From positions 21,690 through 85,689 of the forward strand of contig JAZDGM010000020.1 in assembly GCA_043806915.1 (NCBI GenBank): a stretch of DNA of 64,000 nucleotides, read 5' to 3'. Shown here one piece after another: positions 60,551-64,000 of the stretch; the stretch's first letter is position 1, and each line of letters opens with the position of its first letter. The position numbers and the translations under genes were made by a program. The notes below the pieces were generated by a model. The model saw only the letters and a program-made list of their open reading frames with translations, was not told the DNA's origin and made no database searches. Origin of the DNA: Pseudomonadota bacterium (GTDB lineage: Bacteria; Desulfobacterota; Desulfarculia; Adiutricales; JAGVGV01).

Positions 60551-61345
60551 TTATTCGCCCTTGAACCGGGGCTCTCGTTTTTCTATAAAGGCGGTGAGGC
60601 CTTCCACATGGTCCCGGGAATAAAGGGTCAGGGTGAACTGATCGTGGTCCATGTAACTGGCCAGGTGGTTGTGGGCCGCGGCGTGGACGTTGATGGCTTC
60701 CTTGGTCATGGCCACGGGCAGGGGCGGTTGGGCCGCGACTTTTTCCGCCACGGCCAGGGCTTCCTCGAAGGCCCGGCCTTCCTCGACCGCCCAGTCGGCC
60801 AGGCCCCAGTCGAGGGCGACGCGGGCGTCGAGCATTTCGGCCAGGATCACGATCCGCTTGGCCTTGGCCGGCCCCACCAGGTTGGTCAGGCGGGGCAGGG
60901 TCTGCCAGCTCATGTTCATGGCCAGTTTCAGTTCCGGGACCGACAACCGGGCGCCGGCGCCCAGGACCCGAAAATCGCAGGACACGGCCAGGGACACTCC
61001 GCCTCCCAGGCAGTACCCCTCGATGGCGGCGATCGTGACCTGGGACATGCTTTCCCAGGCCCGGCACATGGTGGCGCCGATCTTGGCGCCTTTTCTTTTG
61101 TCCTTGAGGGAAGCGCCGGCCAGGCGGGCCATTTCCGGGTCCTTGAGGTCGCTTCCGGCGGTGAAGACCCGGTCTCGACCGGTCAGGACCACCACCGAGG
61201 TTTCGTCGTCGTGTTCAAAGGACCGGGCCGCCTCGGTCAGTTCGACCAGGGCGCGGTGGGACAGGGGGTTGGGGTCGAAGCCGCGGTCGAACCGGACCAC
61301 GGCCACCCGGCCGTTTCTGGTGATGTTCACTATTTCGTGATTCAT
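60551..61345 (-). CDS. enoyl-CoA hydratase/isomerase family protein
   Basis: FTAGSDL, AIEGYCLGGG, CDFR, PE, AFIEKREPRFKG. Confidence 0.92.
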   Translation of the reverse strand: MNHEIVNITRNGRVAVVRFDRGFDPNPLSHRALVELTEAARSFEHDDETSVVVLTGRDRVFTAGSDLKDPEMARLAGASLKDKRKGAKIGATMCRAWESMSQVTIAAIEGYCLGGGVSLAVSCDFRVLGAGARLSVPELKLAMNMSWQTLPRLTNLVGPAKAKRIVILAEMLDARVALDWGLADWAVEEGRAFEEALAVAEKVAAQPPLPVAMTKEAINVHAAAHNHLASYMDHDQFTLTLYSRDHVEGLTAFIEKREPRFKGE

Positions 61346-61684
61346 GCCGGCGCTCCTGAATAATATTTATGCGGGGAAAACCGCGCGGCCGAAGCCGCCC
61401 TATAAATCGCGGCCCCCGGTTGGGGGATGATAATCGTATCGTTTCGGACCCGGGCCGTCAATTCAATTTGGCCGTCGAGGCGGCCGGCCCGGGTCGGTTC
61501 GTTCAAAAATCGAGGTTTTTTATGGGGCCGATTGTTCTTGACCCTAACGATCCGGTTGACATAACGGCCCGGTCCGATTATTTTTCGGGCAAGGGAACGG
61601 AAAGCGCGCCCGTTCAACTATTGTCAGGCGTCTTATTCAGGGACAACTGAAGGGACCAAAGGAGTAGACCCCCGCGGGGAGCCT

Positions 61685-63481
61685 ATGAAGCATGTACGTA
61701 ATTTCAGCATTATCGCCCATATCGATCACGGCAAGTCCACCCTGGCCGACAGGTTGATCCAGCACGTCGGGCTGGTCAACGATCGTCAGTTCCGGGACCA
61801 GATCCTGGATTCCATGGATATCGAGCGGGAACGCGGCATCACCATTAAAAGCAACACCATCAGCCTGCCGTACAAGGCCAAAAGCGGCGAGGAATACTAC
61901 CTCAACCTCATCGACACTCCGGGCCACGTGGATTTTTCCTACGAAGTGTCCCGGGCCCTGGCTTCCTGCGAGGGCGTCTTGCTGCTGGTGGACGCGTCCC
62001 AGGGCGTGGAAGCCCAGACCCTGGCCAACCTTTACGCGGCCATGGAACAGGACCTGACCATCATCCCGGTCATCAATAAAATAGACCTTCCGGCCGCCAA
62101 TGTGGAAGCGGTCCGGGAACAGATCGAGATCGACCTGGGCCTGGACGCGGATTCGGCCCTGCTCTGCTCGGCCAAGGAAGGGATCGGGATCGAGGAAATC
62201 CTGGAAGCCCTGTGCGAACGGATACCGGCGCCGAAGGGGAAAAGGGAAGCTCCCTTGCAGGCCCTGATCTTCGACGCGTTCTACGATCCGTACCGCGGCA
62301 CCATCGTCAGCATCCGGGTTTTTTCCGGCGCCATCAAGGCCGGGGACGTCCTGCGGCTGATGTCCAACAACGCCAAATACAAGGTCGAGGAAGTCGGGAT
62401 TTTTCACCTGGAACGGGTCGCCCTCAAGGAACTGTCCGCCGGGGCCGTGGGGTATATCATTTCGGGCATCAAGACCGTCGGCGACGTTCGGGTCGGGGAC
62501 ACCATCACCCTGGACGACCGGCCGGCCGCCGAGTCCTGGCCCGGGTTCAAGGAAGTCAAGCCCGTGGTCTTTTCCTCGATCTACCCGGTGGCGGCCGACG
62601 ATTACGAGGACCTGACCGCGGCCCTGGAAAAATACAAGCTCAACGACGCTTCCCTAATCTACCAGAAAGACTCGTCGGCGGCCCTGGGGTTGGGGTTCCG
62701 GTGCGGCTTCCTGGGGCTGCTGCACCTGGAAATCGTCCAGGAACGGCTGGAACGCGAATACGACCAGTCCATCATCATGACCGCTCCCAGCGTGGAATAC
62801 AAATTCACCTTGAAGGACGGGACCGAGCTCGATATTGACAACCCCGAGGATTATCCGGACCCGGTCAAGATCGACAAGGCCTTCGAACCCTATATCAAGG
62901 CCACGATTTTCATGCCCGAAAGATACGTGGGCGCGGTCATGAAGCTCTGCATGGACCGTCGGGGCGAGAATTCCCGCATGCAGTATCCCACGCCCGGCCG
63001 GGTGGAATTGAGTTTCGACATCCCCCTGGCCGAGGTGATCTACGATTTCTACGACAAGCTCAAGACCGTGACCCAGGGATACGGGTCCTTTGACTACGAG
63101 TTGCTGGACTATCGCGAAAACGACCTGGTCAAGGTCGATATCCTCCTCAACGGCGACAAGGTCGACGCCCTGTCGGTGATCGTGCACCGGGACCGGGCCA
63201 GGACGCGGGCCCTGCAGATGTGCGAGCGCCTGCACGAGGAACTGCCGCGCCAGATGTTTAAAATTGCCATTCAGGGGGCCATCGGGGGCCAGATCATCGC
63301 CCGCAAGACCATCTCGCCCTTCCGCAAGGACGTGACGGCCAAGTGCTACGGCGGCGATATTTCCCGTAAGCGCAAGCTGTTGGAAAAGCAGAAAAAGGGC
63401 AAGAAGCGGATGAAGATGGTCGGCCAGATCGAAGTCCCGCAGTCCGCCTTCGTGGCCGTCCTGAAGACCGACAACGATTGA
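61685..63481 (+). CDS. lepA: translation elongation factor 4
   Basis: RNFSIIAHIDHGKSTLAD, DTPGH, NKID, KCYGGDISRKRKLL. Confidence 0.98.
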   Translation: MKHVRNFSIIAHIDHGKSTLADRLIQHVGLVNDRQFRDQILDSMDIERERGITIKSNTISLPYKAKSGEEYYLNLIDTPGHVDFSYEVSRALASCEGVLLLVDASQGVEAQTLANLYAAMEQDLTIIPVINKIDLPAANVEAVREQIEIDLGLDADSALLCSAKEGIGIEEILEALCERIPAPKGKREAPLQALIFDAFYDPYRGTIVSIRVFSGAIKAGDVLRLMSNNAKYKVEEVGIFHLERVALKELSAGAVGYIISGIKTVGDVRVGDTITLDDRPAAESWPGFKEVKPVVFSSIYPVAADDYEDLTAALEKYKLNDASLIYQKDSSAALGLGFRCGFLGLLHLEIVQERLEREYDQSIIMTAPSVEYKFTLKDGTELDIDNPEDYPDPVKIDKAFEPYIKATIFMPERYVGAVMKLCMDRRGENSRMQYPTPGRVELSFDIPLAEVIYDFYDKLKTVTQGYGSFDYELLDYRENDLVKVDILLNGDKVDALSVIVHRDRARTRALQMCERLHEELPRQMFKIAIQGAIGGQIIARKTISPFRKDVTAKCYGGDISRKRKLLEKQKKGKKRMKMVGQIEVPQSAFVAVLKTDND

Positions 63482-63519
63482 TGGGGGCCGCGCGACCGGG
63501 CGTGATTTTGCGGCCAGCG

Positions 63520-63809
63520 AGCGGGCGAGGGCGTGGGTTTGTATGAAAATGCCCGAAGGGCCTTTTCCTTGGTTGTTGTGACTGGGATTATGCGAGCTAT
63601 CGTTCCCACGCGGGATAGGGTCAGTACGACCATGACCGGGGCTCGGGAAAAGATATCGCCTTCACCACGGATGTCGGCGCGGAATAAAATGTTGGGTTAC
63701 GCTTCGCTAACCCAACCTACGTAAATTACATGCTTTCTGGTAAACAAGCGGGCGCGGGCGTGGGTTTGTATGAAAATGCCCGAAGGGCCTTTTCCTTGGT
63801 TGTCGTGAC
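63520..63809 (+). repeat. 63-bp direct repeat pair (63520-63582 and 63747-63809)
   Basis: AGCGGGCG(A/C)GGGCGTGGGTTTGTATGAAAATGCCCGAAGGGCCTTTTCCTTGGTTGT(T/C)GTGAC, 2 mismatches. Confidence 0.9.
63691..63720 (-). repeat. GTAG-class REP palindrome
   Basis: minus strand GTAG-GTTGGGTTA-GCGAAGCG-TAACCCAAC. Confidence 0.7.
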
Positions 63810-63846
63810 CGACATGGCCGCGATTTAATGGAAATGGGGGACGCCC

Positions 63847-64000
63847 TTGCCGCCTGACAACCTCCGGCCGGGCTTGTACGTCCACGTGCCGTTCTGTTCC
63901 GGCAAATGTCGGTACTGCGATTTTTTTTCCGCGGCCGCGCCCGGCCTGGTCCGGCCCTGGCTGAAAGGCTTGAAACGAGAAGTCGGGTTTTACCGGGGGT
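63847..64000 (+). CDS. hemW: radical SAM heme chaperone, 5' part (runs off window)
   Basis: GLYVHVPFCSGKCRYCDF; TTG start after GGGGGA; follows lepA. Confidence 0.85.
   Translation, partial: MPPDNLRPGLYVHVPFCSGKCRYCDFFSAAAPGLVRPWLKGLKREVGFYRG

Noticed and set aside
63520-63809. CRISPR array
   Set aside because: Only two 63-bp repeats with a 164-bp spacer and no cas genes.

Overview
High-GC chromosomal window from a dissimilatory sulfur-metabolising deltaproteobacterium-like organism (Desulfobacterota inferred from aprBA, an octaheme Otr-type cytochrome and CbiK). Core genes: dacB, aprBA, tmRNA, DAHP synthase-prephenate dehydratase fusion, CopA, MoxR/VWA, PPIase, a partial hut operon with a Liv-type ABC transporter, a MerR-led flavoenzyme cluster, lepA and the start of hemW. 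Accessory DNA: (i) a decayed island behind tmRNA (about 6.8-13.2 kb) with a duplicated att end, made of fragments of conflict genes (hsdS, hsdM, Fic, AAA-DUF3696, RNA ligase, TOTE-type primase-helicase) plus an intact four-helix-bundle gene carrying an in-frame 9-nt-periodic hairpin; (ii) a sigma54 small-protein locus, a lipoprotein hydrolase and a DevBCA-type exporter whose ATPase has a long helical tail; (iii) an RT-less PtuAB/Septu-like ATPase-HNH pair facing an FRG gene. Best non-coding signals: a Trp/Phe/Tyr-rich leader peptide with a coherent attenuator upstream of aroF-pheA, a 99-bp MITE nested in a REP palindrome, and a sigma28-like promoter followed by GGA-loop hairpins. Family assignments come from motif recognition by eye; no searches were run.
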